The notes under the pieces are model-generated. The model was not told the origin of the DNA. It saw only the letters and a program-made list of their open reading frames with translations, and did no database searches. A stretch of 64,000 nucleotides of DNA. It comes from Williopsis jadinii (taxonomy: Eukaryota). Positions 1 to 10,863 of this stretch are shown here, in pieces. The number at the start of each line of letters is the position of its first letter. Position 1 is the stretch's first letter. A program made the translations under genes and the position numbers. The DNA is taken from contig AP024664.1 of the NCBI GenBank assembly GCA_024346625.1, positions 1,302,001-1,366,000 of the forward strand, written 5' to 3'.

Positions 1-211
1 TTCCAACACTGGGGGTTTTTCCCTTCCCCGAGGGTTGTTCAGGCTGAAAAAAAGAGTAAACATTCCAACAACTTTAGTGGAAAAGATGATCACAAGACGG
101 GGACGTTAACCAGTGATTTCAGATCCAGTAAACGAAGAAGAGAGCCCAGTCTATATTCTTCAAGTTTCAGTTCAATTGTCTTCATTAGATAGCAGTTAGA
201 AGAAAGAAACA

Positions 212-1157
212 ATGGCTGACTATTCCACCACAGCGGATGCATTTAGATCGATGCTCAGACAAGACTCTACAGCTTCCTTATTGGCAGGGGGAGCGGCGAG
301 GCATCGTGTCGAGAACTGTTATTGCGCCTGTTGAAAGGGCAAAGATTCTGTTTCAATTGCAAGGACCAGGAAAGGCCAACTATCAGGGAATGTTCCCAAC
401 AATTGCAAAGATGTACAAAGAAGAAGGTGTAAAAGGTTTGTTCCGCGGGAATGGATTAAACTGTGTTCGAATCTTCCCCTACTCTGCAGTACAGTTCTTT
501 GTTTATCAGAGGATAAAGTTCATGCTCTTGAAGCCTGGAGAAATTGATTTGAACAACTTTCAAAGACTGTTTGCAGGATTCATTGGTGGAATTGCAAGTG
601 TCTTTGCAACTTACCCACTCGATCTGGTAAGAACGAGGTTAAGTATTCAAACGGCAAATTTGGCCAAATTATCAGAATCCAAGGTACACGCTGGTCAAAA
701 ACCACCTGGTGTAATGGAACTCTTGGGGAAGATTTATAAAACAGAAGGTGGAATATTAGGCTTGTACAGAGGTGTCTATCCAACGACTCTGGGTGTCGCA
801 CCTTATGTGGCTATAAATTTTGCTGTTTACGAACAGTTAAAAGAATTCGTTCCTGAAGACTCCAACCCTCTCATCAAGCTGCTTCTAGGTGCCACTGCTG
901 GTGGTATTGCTCAAACCTTGACATACCCTTTTGACCTTTTACGAAGAAGATTTCAAGTGTTAACCATGGGTGGTCACGAGAGCGAATTGGGATTCAAGTA
1001 CACATCTGTGTGGAACGCCCTTGAGACAATTGTCAAGACCGAAGGATTTGCAGGGCTATACAAAGGCCTGGTAGCGAATCTGTTCAAAGTGGTGCCCTCA
1101 ATGGCTGTGTCATGGCTGACCTATGATGTTATCAAAGACTGGATGGTGAAGCTATAG
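212..1157 (+). CDS. Mitochondrial carrier family protein (YPR011C/Mrx21-like), encoded in two frames joined by a +1 shift at 296-302
   Basis: ATG at 212 in good context (AAACAATGG) gives MADYSTTADAFRSMLRQDSTASLLAGGAA. The +1 frame from 300 continues GIVSRTVIAPVERAK. Three Px[D/E]xx[K/R] carrier repeats (PVERAK, PLDLVR, PFDLLR). Adjacent to MIN8 as YPR011C is to YPR010C-A. Confidence 0.9.
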
Positions 1158-1505
1158 AGATCCTACCCAGGTAGAAAAAAGGTTACCCTACTGTAAATAT
1201 CACCCATACTGGCACATATCCTACAAAACTTCCTGTTTGGGAAGTCAACCCTTGTAGCCAACCAAAAGTTTTGTAAATAACTTCAATTTCGCGATTTTTA
1301 GTTAGCTCCAACCACTGCTTTTTGTGGTTTTCTTCCCACTTTCGCTGTTCAATGTCGCGCCAAAAATCGTAAGGTGATTCGATGGGGGGAGGAGGGAAAG
1401 TGAAGGAAAAAAAATCGTCTCAGTAAAACTAATCATACACAACACACTTCGAACGAAACTATTCTTTCAGTTTTAATCTCTAAATAAAGCAATCCAAAGA
1501 AAAAG

Positions 1506-1769
1506 ATGAGACCTTCCCAATACTTGTTCAACGCTGCCAAGAAGTCTGGTGTTGCCATTCCACTTGAATTGACCCCATTGTTTGTGGTTATGGGTGTCGC
1601 TGTCTCCTCTGCTACTTTCTTCACCTACAAGAAGTTTGCTCACGACAAATCCTTGAGATTGGCCAGAAACCCAGCCCAATCTGCTGCTACTTCTGAGTTG
1701 CTTAAGTCTGAGCCAGCTGCTGAGGCTCCAGCTCCAGTCGCTGAGCCAGTTGCTGAAAAGTCTGAGTAA
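1506..1769 (+). CDS. MIN8: Small mitochondrial protein Min8 (YPR010C-A; NDUFA4-like)
   Basis: MRPSQYLFNAAKKSG..IPLELTPLFVVMGVAVSSATFFTYKK..DKSLRL closely resembles S. cerevisiae Min8; syntenic with YPR011C homolog. Confidence 0.85.
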   Translation: MRPSQYLFNAAKKSGVAIPLELTPLFVVMGVAVSSATFFTYKKFAHDKSLRLARNPAQSAATSELLKSEPAAEAPAPVAEPVAEKSE

Positions 1770-2275
1770 AAGGATCAGAGGTTCTTTTTTTCATAATAGA
1801 AGAAACGATAGCGGCGGAGGATTGAGAGACAGTGCACCTGGTTGTGATGTATTCACTCTTTTGTTGATATCTCTAGTATCTTCATTGGCTTAGTTGTCAT
1901 TTTGCAACAGTTTTATTACAATCAACTTCATATTCACGAGGGTTTATATCGGTGTTTTTATTTTGTGCTCAACGTTTATGGGTTGACCAGATTGATAAAG
2001 TGGGAACGACTATGGAGACGAGGGGGGTTGAACATGAAAGGGGAATCGTTGTGACAGACCCTTTATTAAATTTTTTAGCATTTATATGGTTATTTATTTT
2101 TTTTCTTTCTTTTTTCCCCTTGTTGATATTTGATCCACGGAATAAACATTGATATTGGTGAAAGATATAGTGATGTAGTGATTTAATGTCCTAGAGCTAT
2201 GTACATTAGTATATGATGCCCATAAATTTGTCGGTTTTGTCTTGATATATGTACATGATGCAAGAGTGCTTATGT

Positions 2276-3142
2276 TTACTCTTTTAGCGTTGTGTAGTAG
2301 TCTGTAACGTCTTCAAGGTCGTCAAGCATTTGGACAAACTTGTCGTACTTTTCCTTGACAAGTTCATCAGCGATTTCAACAATGGCATCGTCCTTTGGGA
2401 GGTACGCAATGCCCACTTCTTTGATTGTGTAGTCCTTCTTTAACTCAGATGCGATTCTTCCAGTGTCGCCGGCTTCTGTGATGACTTCAAAGTTCATCCG
2501 ATCCTCACCTTCAACCTCTTCAATGTCATCAGCTCCGAGATCGACAATCTTCTCAAAGACGGTGTCGAAGTCATCCTCCTTCGGATCGATAACGATGTAA
2601 CCCTTTCTATCGAACTGGAACAGCGTTGGAGATAGGTTTCCACCGTATTTGGAGAATGCCGCTCTAACGTCGCTGAATGTTCTCTTCTTGTTATCGGTCA
2701 GTGCCTCAACGACAAACGACACATTGCCTGGACCAACACCTTCATAAACAGCGGTTTCAACGTTCTCCTTCGCAGCGTCGGAACCAAGACCGGCACCTCT
2801 TCTTATGGCGTTTTCGATCACTTTCTTCACAACATTGGCCTTTGACGCAGCCTCCACCGCTGCAGAGAGTCTAACGTTTTTTGAAGGATCAGGACCACCA
2901 ACTGTCTCATGTTAGTACACGTATTGATGATATACGGAGAAACCAAATACAAAATCCACCAAACACTTACGCTTCGCAGCGACTGCGATGGCATTCGCAA
3001 ACTTGTTGGCGATCTTGTTCTTCTGTGCATCGTTTCTAGCCTTGTCATGCTTGATGTTTGCCCATTTCGAATGTCCTGCAAGAGAACAAGGGGTGGTGGA
3101 GAAGACTCTGACCGATTGTCTGTTAAAGGATCTTAGAAGCAT
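2276..3142 (-). CDS. DPC29: TACO1/YebC family mitochondrial translational activator (YGR021W/Dpc29); one intron 2902-2970
   Basis: Exon 1 (3142-2971) has a presequence plus [13 protein letters not shown]. Intron GTAAGT...TACTAAC...CAG. The splice restores [15 protein letters not shown]. Exon 2 has YEGVGPG and [11 protein letters not shown]. Confidence 0.93.
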
Positions 3143-3404
3143 TGGGTATGGTTACAAATCGAACACCGTGCTCTTCTCTTGCACATGTTGATCGGCTGAA
3201 ATTTCTATGCGTGTTCTTCTCCTTCTGTCTTCGTTCTTTTTTTTCTCAACCATACGTCAGAAGTGTTACCCTACCTTATATCTCTCCTTCTCAGTTGCGG
3301 GAGTGCATACGAGCAGCCAAATTTAACCAGGAGCACTCTTTCCCAAACAACGGTGGTAGGGTCTCTATTAACAAGGAGGAAGAAAGAGCAAGGCTACATT
3401 TAAG

Positions 3405-3767
3405 ATGGCAGACTCTATAAAGAACAGAACGCTCATTGCAGTGATTGGTGATGAAGACACAATCACAGGTATGCTTCTTGCTGGAATTGGCCAAGTTGAC
3501 GATTCTTCTTCGGAGAAGAACTTTTACGTTGTTGAAGGGAAAACTACAGATGAACAGATTGATAAGGCATTTGACGATTATGTTGACAAAAGAGATGACA
3601 TTGCAATTCTCTTGATCAACCAACATATTGCCGAGAGAATCAGATTTAGGGTAGATAATTTCACCAATGCGTTCCCAGCAATTTTGGAGATACCTTCAAA
3701 GGAACACCCATATGACCCTGAAAAGGATTCCGTGCTCAGAAGGGTAAGAAGACTCTTTGGAGAATAA
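3405..3767 (+). CDS. VMA7: V-type H+-ATPase subunit F
   Basis: [19 protein letters not shown] and [23 protein letters not shown] motifs. Confidence 0.97.
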   Translation: MADSIKNRTLIAVIGDEDTITGMLLAGIGQVDDSSSEKNFYVVEGKTTDEQIDKAFDDYVDKRDDIAILLINQHIAERIRFRVDNFTNAFPAILEIPSKEHPYDPEKDSVLRRVRRLFGE

Positions 3768-3921
3768 TGAATACATGCAGACAACCACAATGGAAAGTAA
3801 TTTAATGTCAATTTGTTTGGATAGTAGAACAATCATTAGCGCTTTTTTTCAATGCAGGACATAGAGTGATTTACGATTTTGAATTGTAGATATATGTTTG
3901 TAGTTATACAGTACAGGAAGA

Positions 3922-5553
3922 TCATTTCTTACCCTTCTTCTTATTCTTGTTCTTCTTTTTTGAATTATTCGAGCCTGTTGTTGGTTTGGTCACATTGGTT
4001 TGTACTTGTCCTTCATCTGCTTTATCAGCTTGATCATCGTGTTCTTCTTCCTCGTTGGCGTTAGAGTTGATATCAACATCGTCAAATATATCATCTTGTG
4101 TTTCTTCCTCTGTAGGCTTATCATCTCTGACTTGTGTGTCTTCGCTTGGCTCAGTTGTAGTATCTACCGATTCAGATACGGTGGCTTCAGCAGTTTCACT
4201 AGCATTAACAGGTTCATCACTTACGTCAACCGACTCGTCCACAATTTTGGAAGAGTCTGCAGGCTCAGCAGCTTCCGTTGACTCGTGAGCTGTCTCAGTT
4301 TCATGAGATGTATCAATGGTATCGGTTGTATCGGTAGGCTCAGTAGGCTCAGTAGGCTCAGTAGGCTCAGTAGGCTCAGTAGGCTCAGTAGGCTCAGTAG
4401 GCTCAGCAGCCTCAGCAGGCTCAGTAGGCTCAGCAGTCTTTTCATGGGCCTCAACTGATTTATCATTTGACTCATCAACATCTCCATTTACTGGTTCAGA
4501 TGCTTCTGTAGTTGGTTCAACAGCCTCAGCGTTTTCCTTCACCGTGGCTTCTTCTTCTTCAGCAGATTCTACAACTTCATCAATTTCAGATTCAACAGGC
4601 ACAGCAGTGTGTTCGATAGATCCTTGTTCCAGTACATCTGTCTCGTGAGACTGTGTCTCTGCTGGTACATGCGTCTCTTCGTCATGTGTGGTTGCCGCAA
4701 CTGTGTCGGTTGGTTCAGCACTAGTGCTTGTAGGTGTGCTTCCAGTGGTTGATTTGTAAGTTTCTAGGAACCTTGGATCAGCGTTCAAGTAGAAGTTTCT
4801 AACACCAACGATTCTTCTCTCAGTTTCACACGCCTTCAACCATTCTGGTCTAACCACTGGGATGTTGGAATCAGTAGCCTTTTGCCATTGCTCACCGATT
4901 CCTACGGTTGTGACGAAATGTGTCGTATCAACTTTCACCTCGGTCTGTGAAGGCTTGGCTCCAATAGTCTTCAACGAGTGCTCAATATCTTCGAGTGTGA
5001 CTCCCTCCTTTGGATCGATCTGGCCGATACACACGGTTATACCGCTCAAATCTGTCATTTTGTGGGTCTGAACTTCGAGATGTTCACTCTCATAGACACC
5101 AGCGGTGGTGGAAAGTCTCAAATGGAACTCATAGCCAGCATCGATCTGCAAACCAGACAGCTTCGTAGTAGTGGTAACCAATGGGTTGGGGATTTGACCC
5201 AACCTGGAGCCGTTCTTGTACAGGCTGAGCGACTTGATCGAGGCCGACCCCAAATCAACAGGATCCCATTCCAGCACAGCGCTTGTCTGCGTGACGTTCT
5301 TCAGCTTCAGAACCGGAGCCTTTGGTTCATTGGTACCGAACAATTCCAGGATCTTGTCCTGGGTCTCTTGGAATATCCGCTTCTCCTCCTTCTCTTGTTC
5401 GAGGTCTTGTTCGCACTTGATGGTAACAACAGAGCCTGCGTTAACACCATCCGGAAGCAGGATTGTCGGGAATTCAATCAGATGATGGTCCTTTGTGAGC
5501 AACAGAGCAAGGGAAGCATCCAGCTTTCCCACAGTAAGAGAGACTTCAACCAT
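3922..5553 (-). CDS. CHS5: Exomer subunit Chs5 (FN3 + BRCT, acidic tail)
   Basis: N-terminus [33 protein letters not shown]3 domain, BRCT ([13 protein letters not shown]), acidic tail ending in Lys-rich [12 protein letters not shown]. Confidence 0.95.
   Translation of the reverse strand: MVEVSLTVGKLDASLALLLTKDHHLIEFPTILLPDGVNAGSVVTIKCEQDLEQEKEEKRIFQETQDKILELFGTNEPKAPVLKLKNVTQTSAVLEWDPVDLGSASIKSLSLYKNGSRLGQIPNPLVTTTTKLSGLQIDAGYEFHLRLSTTAGVYESEHLEVQTHKMTDLSGITVCIGQIDPKEGVTLEDIEHSLKTIGAKPSQTEVKVDTTHFVTTVGIGEQWQKATDSNIPVVRPEWLKACETERRIVGVRNFYLNADPRFLETYKSTTGSTPTSTSAEPTDTVAATTHDEETHVPAETQSHETDVLEQGSIEHTAVPVESEIDEVVESAEEEEATVKENAEAVEPTTEASEPVNGDVDESNDKSVEAHEKTAEPTEPAEAAEPTEPTEPTEPTEPTEPTEPTEPTDTTDTIDTSHETETAHESTEAAEPADSSKIVDESVDVSDEPVNASETAEATVSESVDTTTEPSEDTQVRDDKPTEEETQDDIFDDVDINSNANEEEEHDDQADKADEGQVQTNVTKPTTGSNNSKKKNKNKKKGKK
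4334..4436. repeat. 9-bp coding minisatellite (GTAGGCTCA)n encoding EPT repeats in Chs5
   Basis: Eight perfect units at 4334-4405 plus degenerate units to ~4436. Confidence 0.95.
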
Positions 5554-5846
5554 TGGATGTGTTCTATAGCGCGTTCTCTAGATCAGACCCTCGTTGTGAG
5601 AAGTTTTGACGATCTTTGGAAGAGAACTTTTCCCACCCGCAACCCCTTCCCTATACCCCCGTTGAAAAAAATCGCGCTTAGGCTCACTACACAACACTCA
5701 GCCCAGTGAAGACTGCTAACTCGCCTACAGTTACTGTTTGGTGAATGTGATCTATGTTAAAAGGATATAAATGGCATTAAAATGTCGTAAAGAGGTGATG
5801 TATAGGTTTATAGGATGTTATGCTAATGGGATGTAAGAAAGCCATC

Positions 5847-7265
5847 TCATACAAAGTCTGCCAAAACCTTAGCAACGACAGATACAAAGATATCAACGTG
5901 TTTCTTCTCAAAGGTCAAAGTTGGTCTCAATCTGACGGACACCTCGGCACAGCCACCACAGTTGACACCGTTCTGCTTCAATCTGTACAGGAATTCGTTT
6001 CTCTTCTCTGCGGATTCCAAGTCCCAGGCGATGAAGGTTGCTCTTCCCTTACCTCTCAAGTTCTGCAAGTGGCGAGGGTACTTGGCCTGCAATTCCTCCA
6101 ATTTACCATACAGGTAGTCACCAACTTCCTTAGCCTTTGAGACCAAGTCGTTGTCGACGATCTCTTTGGCAATGGCACCAGCAAGGATCATTCTTGCTGG
6201 GTCACCACACCAGGTGTTGAATTGTCTGTATGGTGCAGCTGGGATGAACTCTGGGTTGTGGAACCAGTAACCAGCAGACTGGAACTTCTTGGAGAAAGTG
6301 ACCAAATCTGGTGGAGGAGTGATGTTGAAGTGCTCATGGGCCCAGAATGAACCAGTGGCACCGACACCGGTTTGAACCTCATCGACGATGAAGACAACGC
6401 CGTGCTTCAAGGTGACGTCTCTCAAGCCTTGGAAGAACTCAGCAGATGCGTGGTTGTCACCACCTTCGGATTGGACTGGCTCAATGATCAAAGCGGCGAC
6501 AGGAACTTGCCATGTCTTGATGATGTTCTCAACAATCTCCAAACAACGAGCGTCCTCGGCCTTGTTGTACTCAGCGTTAGCCTCCAATGGGTACTTGTAA
6601 GCTGGGAACTCAGCCTTTGGCCACTTGAAAGATGGCAAATCAATCTTGTGGACCGGCTTGGAAGCGGTGACGGAGGCAGATGCGAACAAACGACCGTGGA
6701 AGGCTCTCTTGAACGAGATAACAGCCAAATCTGGGGAACCTGGGGCCTGGTTCTTCATGGTGGATTCGTTCTCCTCGGCGGTCCAGGCGGTGTTGTAACC
6801 TCTCTTTTGGCCTTGGTACCACATAAAGGCGGCCTTGAATGCCAACTCGTTGGCATCAGCACCGGACAAACCAGACCAGATGTGGTCTTGGCCCTTTGGT
6901 GCAACCTTGAGCAAGTTCTTGAGGATGCCCTCCAAGTCCTTACCTGGGAAGTTACCCAAGGCAGGTCTCTCGACAATGGCTCTAATCATCTCCGGGGATT
7001 TAGCAGCCTCGATCAAAGCTGGGTTGTTGTAACCCAAAGCGATGGATGCGATTTGCGCATACAAGTCCAAGTAAACGTTACCATCGACGTCTGCGATGTA
7101 GTTACCGTTGGACTTTTCGTAATCGGCAACGAAGTAGACAGGTCTGGAGTCAAACACCTTACCCAATGACTCGATAGCCTTCTTGGACTCTGGGCCTGGG
7201 ATCTGCGTGACCTTGACAACTGGTTGTTCAGGTTCGTTTGGATAGTACTTTGCGGCAATTGACAT
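5847..7265 (-). CDS. UGA1: 4-aminobutyrate (GABA) aminotransferase
   Basis: Class III aminotransferase motifs IIEPVQSEGGD, IVDEVQTGVGATG, VTFSKK; true start MSIAAKYYP at 7265. Confidence 0.97.
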   Translation of the reverse strand: MSIAAKYYPNEPEQPVVKVTQIPGPESKKAIESLGKVFDSRPVYFVADYEKSNGNYIADVDGNVYLDLYAQIASIALGYNNPALIEAAKSPEMIRAIVERPALGNFPGKDLEGILKNLLKVAPKGQDHIWSGLSGADANELAFKAAFMWYQGQKRGYNTAWTAEENESTMKNQAPGSPDLAVISFKRAFHGRLFASASVTASKPVHKIDLPSFKWPKAEFPAYKYPLEANAEYNKAEDARCLEIVENIIKTWQVPVAALIIEPVQSEGGDNHASAEFFQGLRDVTLKHGVVFIVDEVQTGVGATGSFWAHEHFNITPPPDLVTFSKKFQSAGYWFHNPEFIPAAPYRQFNTWCGDPARMILAGAIAKEIVDNDLVSKAKEVGDYLYGKLEELQAKYPRHLQNLRGKGRATFIAWDLESAEKRNEFLYRLKQNGVNCGGCAEVSVRLRPTLTFEKKHVDIFVSVVAKVLADFV

Positions 7266-7849
7266 TGTATTCAACTTGATTGATACCTTTGGGAGATAAG
7301 AGAACAAGAGGATCAAGAGAACAAACCCATGAGTTTAAATAGTTTCACCCTCCAAGAACCCCGTGATTTCCATTGTGGTTGTTCATAGTTTATGGCTCCA
7401 AAGGTTAGCGGCATTGGCACTAATTAGGCCATTTCCCGCGCGCGTCGACTGTCCCAATGGGGGAAGTGTGCTATCAGCGACTTTCGCGGGTATTTGAGAG
7501 CGAGATGCCGCAGAGGTCTTTTGATTTGCAGAGGTGACACAAAAACAAGGCGAAAAGTATGAGGCGCCCAAGCGGCGATGGCCTCAGATAGTAAAAACTA
7601 GGCAGAGCGAAGGGTTTAACGCTTATTAGAGATGGCGCAATTTCCAATTCGTGAGATAGTTTATATACAGTAGAACCAAACACAAGTGAGGTTCCTCTTC
7701 CACGACCCACGGGAAAGACAAAGGACCCCGTTGGCGGTGAGAAGGGAAGCCACGATATAGAACAAAACAACCAGCGCACGAAAACAAAACAAAACAACAG
7801 CGGAAGAACATAAACCCGGATCATCATCATATCATTTACTCTTGTAACT

Positions 7850-8593
7850 TCATGGACAAACATCGTCTTCAGACCACTGGTCTTTATCGTACCTTTCGTA
7901 CAAGTAACGGGATTGATGGCCGTTGAGGTCGACAAAGTCAACTTTATCAACGAGCAACATCACCAACGAAAAGTTCTTCTTACCGTCCTCTTCATGCGAT
8001 CCATCAACGCCTCGAGAAATCGAGTCCAACAGTTTCTGCTTCTCCTCCGTGATCTTCGAGCCCGGTTCAGGTTTTCTGAAACTGGATTTCAGCTTTGTCG
8101 AGAGTGACGTCCACTTTGACTCCAGCTCTTGTTCCCACTCGGCCACAGTTGGCCTCTGTGGGCCATTTCCGTTGATTTGTTGGTGTGCAATGGCATCCAA
8201 GTCGGTATGCGAAGAGTACTGCTTGATGAATTGTGGTGATACCAGCGGATAATCGCCGAGCTTTTCATTGACACTGTCCAAACCGTCAAACCTTAGACCT
8301 GTAGCATGGCCGCTCAGTCTAAACTGGACATTTGACTGTGGGAACCAAAAGCATGCTTCAAATTTGGAGTTGTGATCCACATGTTCCCATTTCTCCATTC
8401 TGACATCTGTGGTGAACGTCAGGATGTTTGTCTTTTTATCATCGAATAAGAATCCTCTGTAGATACAAGTGCGCACCTTTGGTGCGCCTGTTGAATCAAC
8501 CGTTGCAAAGGAGAAAGTGACAAACGGACTGGTCTCTAATTGTCTTGATACTGCCTGCACAAAAGATGGTACCCATGGAGCCATTAACTGCAT
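7850..8593 (-). CDS. Pyridoxamine 5'-phosphate oxidase-like FMN-binding protein (YGR017W-like)
   Basis: MAPWVPSF...FSFATVD..PKVRTCIYRGFL, FTTDVRMEK, FEACFWFP..QFRLSG; first ATG at 8593; synteny with UGA1/VMA7. Confidence 0.85.
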   Translation of the reverse strand: MQLMAPWVPSFVQAVSRQLETSPFVTFSFATVDSTGAPKVRTCIYRGFLFDDKKTNILTFTTDVRMEKWEHVDHNSKFEACFWFPQSNVQFRLSGHATGLRFDGLDSVNEKLGDYPLVSPQFIKQYSSHTDLDAIAHQQINGNGPQRPTVAEWEQELESKWTSLSTKLKSSFRKPEPGSKITEEKQKLLDSISRGVDGSHEEDGKKNFSLVMLLVDKVDFVDLNGHQSRYLYERYDKDQWSEDDVCP

Positions 8594-9775
8594 GTTTTCT
8601 ATTTCTCTCGTCTTTCGTTGTTGCAATCTAGAAAACCACTGTATGTGGATGTGTATTATATGGATATGATGCTCCTCCTTGGTCTATAGTGTATGCTGTG
8701 AGAGAGCGTTTGGACCACACTGGACAAAGAACCTGTGGAAAAAAGTAACAAAAGTGTACGTTGTGTGCAAAAGGTGCGTAGAATATGAAGTCAAGTGTGT
8801 CGCACCGAGAAAAAAGGGAATGCAAAGAGGGAATGGAGAAATTTACTAGTGATTGAACTCAAAATGATACCAAGCGGATAAACTCTTTCTCTTCAAGTCC
8901 AAGAAGAGGAACAATTTAAAGGTCAAAAGACAGATCTCCTCGAGTTGAAAAAAATGAACAAGGAAGTTTGACAAAGAAGAAAAAAAGCTTCTGAAATTAA
9001 TGATCTTTGAATGCGGTGTGTGTTGTTTTTTCGTCGAAACACCTGACGCTTTTTGTCGTAAACCGGCAAAAAGCCCACAAGAGAAAACGAGTGGAAAAGA
9101 CAGCAGAGACAGAAAAAATGACAACAAGCGACGCACGAGCAGATTACAAAAGGAGGGAGAAAAAACCTTAGGCAGCTTCTTTGGTGGCTGCAGCGCTTGT
9201 GACCCCGCCCAGACGACAACTTGCCTCGTCTCCCAGACACAGACAGCAAAAGGCGCATTTCCTTCGGAGGAGTTAGCGGGTGGCTTACTGAGAGGATCAA
9301 GTGGACAAGAGAGGGCGCTTTGGTTGGCCGACAGGAATTAAGGAGACGCAGTTGCGAATCACGGAGTTTGTCCCCCCCACACGTGGGAGAGAAGGCCTGG
9401 AAGCTCAGTTGACCATGGCCACCTACCTAAAACCTACTGTGCGGAACGCTTACTGCGCTGTTAGTCTATTTGCTGAATATGGAAAACCACTATGAGGCAG
9501 CGGTGCAAGGAGGGCTGGAAAGTTATCCACATGACATTATGTAGATGGTGTACTACTTGTTGCTTCGCCAACTGTCCTTTAAGCCAGCTGCTCTCTGTAC
9601 CGAAAGAGACGTTGGTGTAGGTTGGATAAGCTAATTTCTTGATCTGTGTGATCGTGTTTTTGTTTTTCCTCTTGTGCTTCCCACGAGCTCTCGGCGGGAT
9701 GGTTGAAATTTCTCTCACAATTTTAATGCTCAAGTCGGCACAGCGCTTTCACGTAATGTCCTCAAGCTGGAAGTA

Positions 9776-10480
9776 ATGTTCGCCCGAGTTTTGAGCCCAT
9801 CATCAATTAGAAATGCGAGGGCATTTTCAATGTCATCTTCCGCTCTTAAAGCTGCTGTCCCTAAATGTAAGAATTTCAACCTTCAGAACGATCAACATTG
9901 TGCGTGGTTTACTAACCAAAGTAATAATAAAACAGTCGTGTCGCCTGCGTCAGTTCAATTGAAAGTGGGTCTCATTAAACAATGTGATCGCCATCCTGAT
10001 GCCGATAAGCTTTACGTATCGCAGATTCTGAGTGATGACACAGACAAATCAATCACCGTTTGTAGCGGATTGGTGGACTTCATACCGCAGGATCAGTTAC
10101 AGGGTTCAAGAGTTGTTTTGGTCATGAATCTCAAACCTGTTAACATGAGAGGTGTCAAGTCACAAGCGATGCTTCTCGCTGCGGAAAAACTAGACAGCGA
10201 AGGTCAATTGCAAACTGTGGAACTCGTTGAGCCTCCTCTCAGTTCACAGGTTGGTCAGACTTTATCGTTTAAGGGATTTGAAGTTGATCTCGATGCAGAG
10301 CCACAGAGGTTGAATACAAAGAACTGGACCAAGATCCAGGCCAGGTTGTTCACGAATGCTGATGGTCATGTCGTATATAGAGACCAAGACGATGCGGAGC
10401 ACGTCCTCACCTCACAAGACGGTAATGATCCGTGTGAGCCTTGCTCTGTTAAATCGGCATTCAACTCACAAGTGCGTTAA
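9776..10480 (+). CDS. Stand-alone tRNA-binding OB-fold protein (EMAP-II/Arc1 C-terminal-like) with probable mitochondrial presequence
   Basis: VGLIKQCDRHPDADKLYVSQI, TVCSGLV, NLKPVNMRGVKSQAMLLAA; N-terminus Arg/Ser/Ala-rich without acidic residues. Confidence 0.85.
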   Translation: MFARVLSPSSIRNARAFSMSSSALKAAVPKCKNFNLQNDQHCAWFTNQSNNKTVVSPASVQLKVGLIKQCDRHPDADKLYVSQILSDDTDKSITVCSGLVDFIPQDQLQGSRVVLVMNLKPVNMRGVKSQAMLLAAEKLDSEGQLQTVELVEPPLSSQVGQTLSFKGFEVDLDAEPQRLNTKNWTKIQARLFTNADGHVVYRDQDDAEHVLTSQDGNDPCEPCSVKSAFNSQVR

Positions 10481-10863
10481 CAACATTTCACTTTAGTGTT
10501 GTATTACACAAATGTATATAGTGATATTCATCATGCTTGAAGTACATATGAATTAGACAAAGCATTGTATTAGTATGGAATCATAGCACGTAGAATCGGT
10601 GCCTTTGAGTTTCAATTGAAGTAGGAAAGTTAATGGCGAAAGAACTCAAGACACATAGGTAGATTGATCAGGTTGTGGAAATCTGTGGTGGGAAATACAG
10701 ATAAAGATGGTTGAAACAAAGGACGAGAACGGAAACAAGAACAACAGGAAGAGAAAGAATATCAAGAAAACAAACAAAACCAAGAATAAAGAATGAAAAA
10801 CAAAACGTGTATAACAAAGCCAGTAATAATCAGCAAACTGTGAGGACAACAGTATAATAGGCC

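Noticed and set aside
237..299. ORF-track N-terminus MHLDRCSDKTLQLPYWQGERR for the carrier
   Set aside because: It does not resemble carrier helix 1, whereas the frame from ATG 212 gives the conserved AGGxAG motif. Leaky initiation at 237 cannot be fully excluded.
4978..7169. Long antisense ORFs over CHS5 and UGA1 (likewise over NSR1, ADE6, FMO, MEP2)
   Set aside because: Shadow ORFs from codon bias or repeats of the real genes; no recognisable motifs
8846..9430. Possible ncRNA (telomerase RNA template CCCAGACAC, or TPP-riboswitch-like CTGAGA) between the YGR017W-like and tRNA-binding genes
   Set aside because: Matches are too short and the other diagnostic motifs are absent; most simply a divergent promoter or long leader
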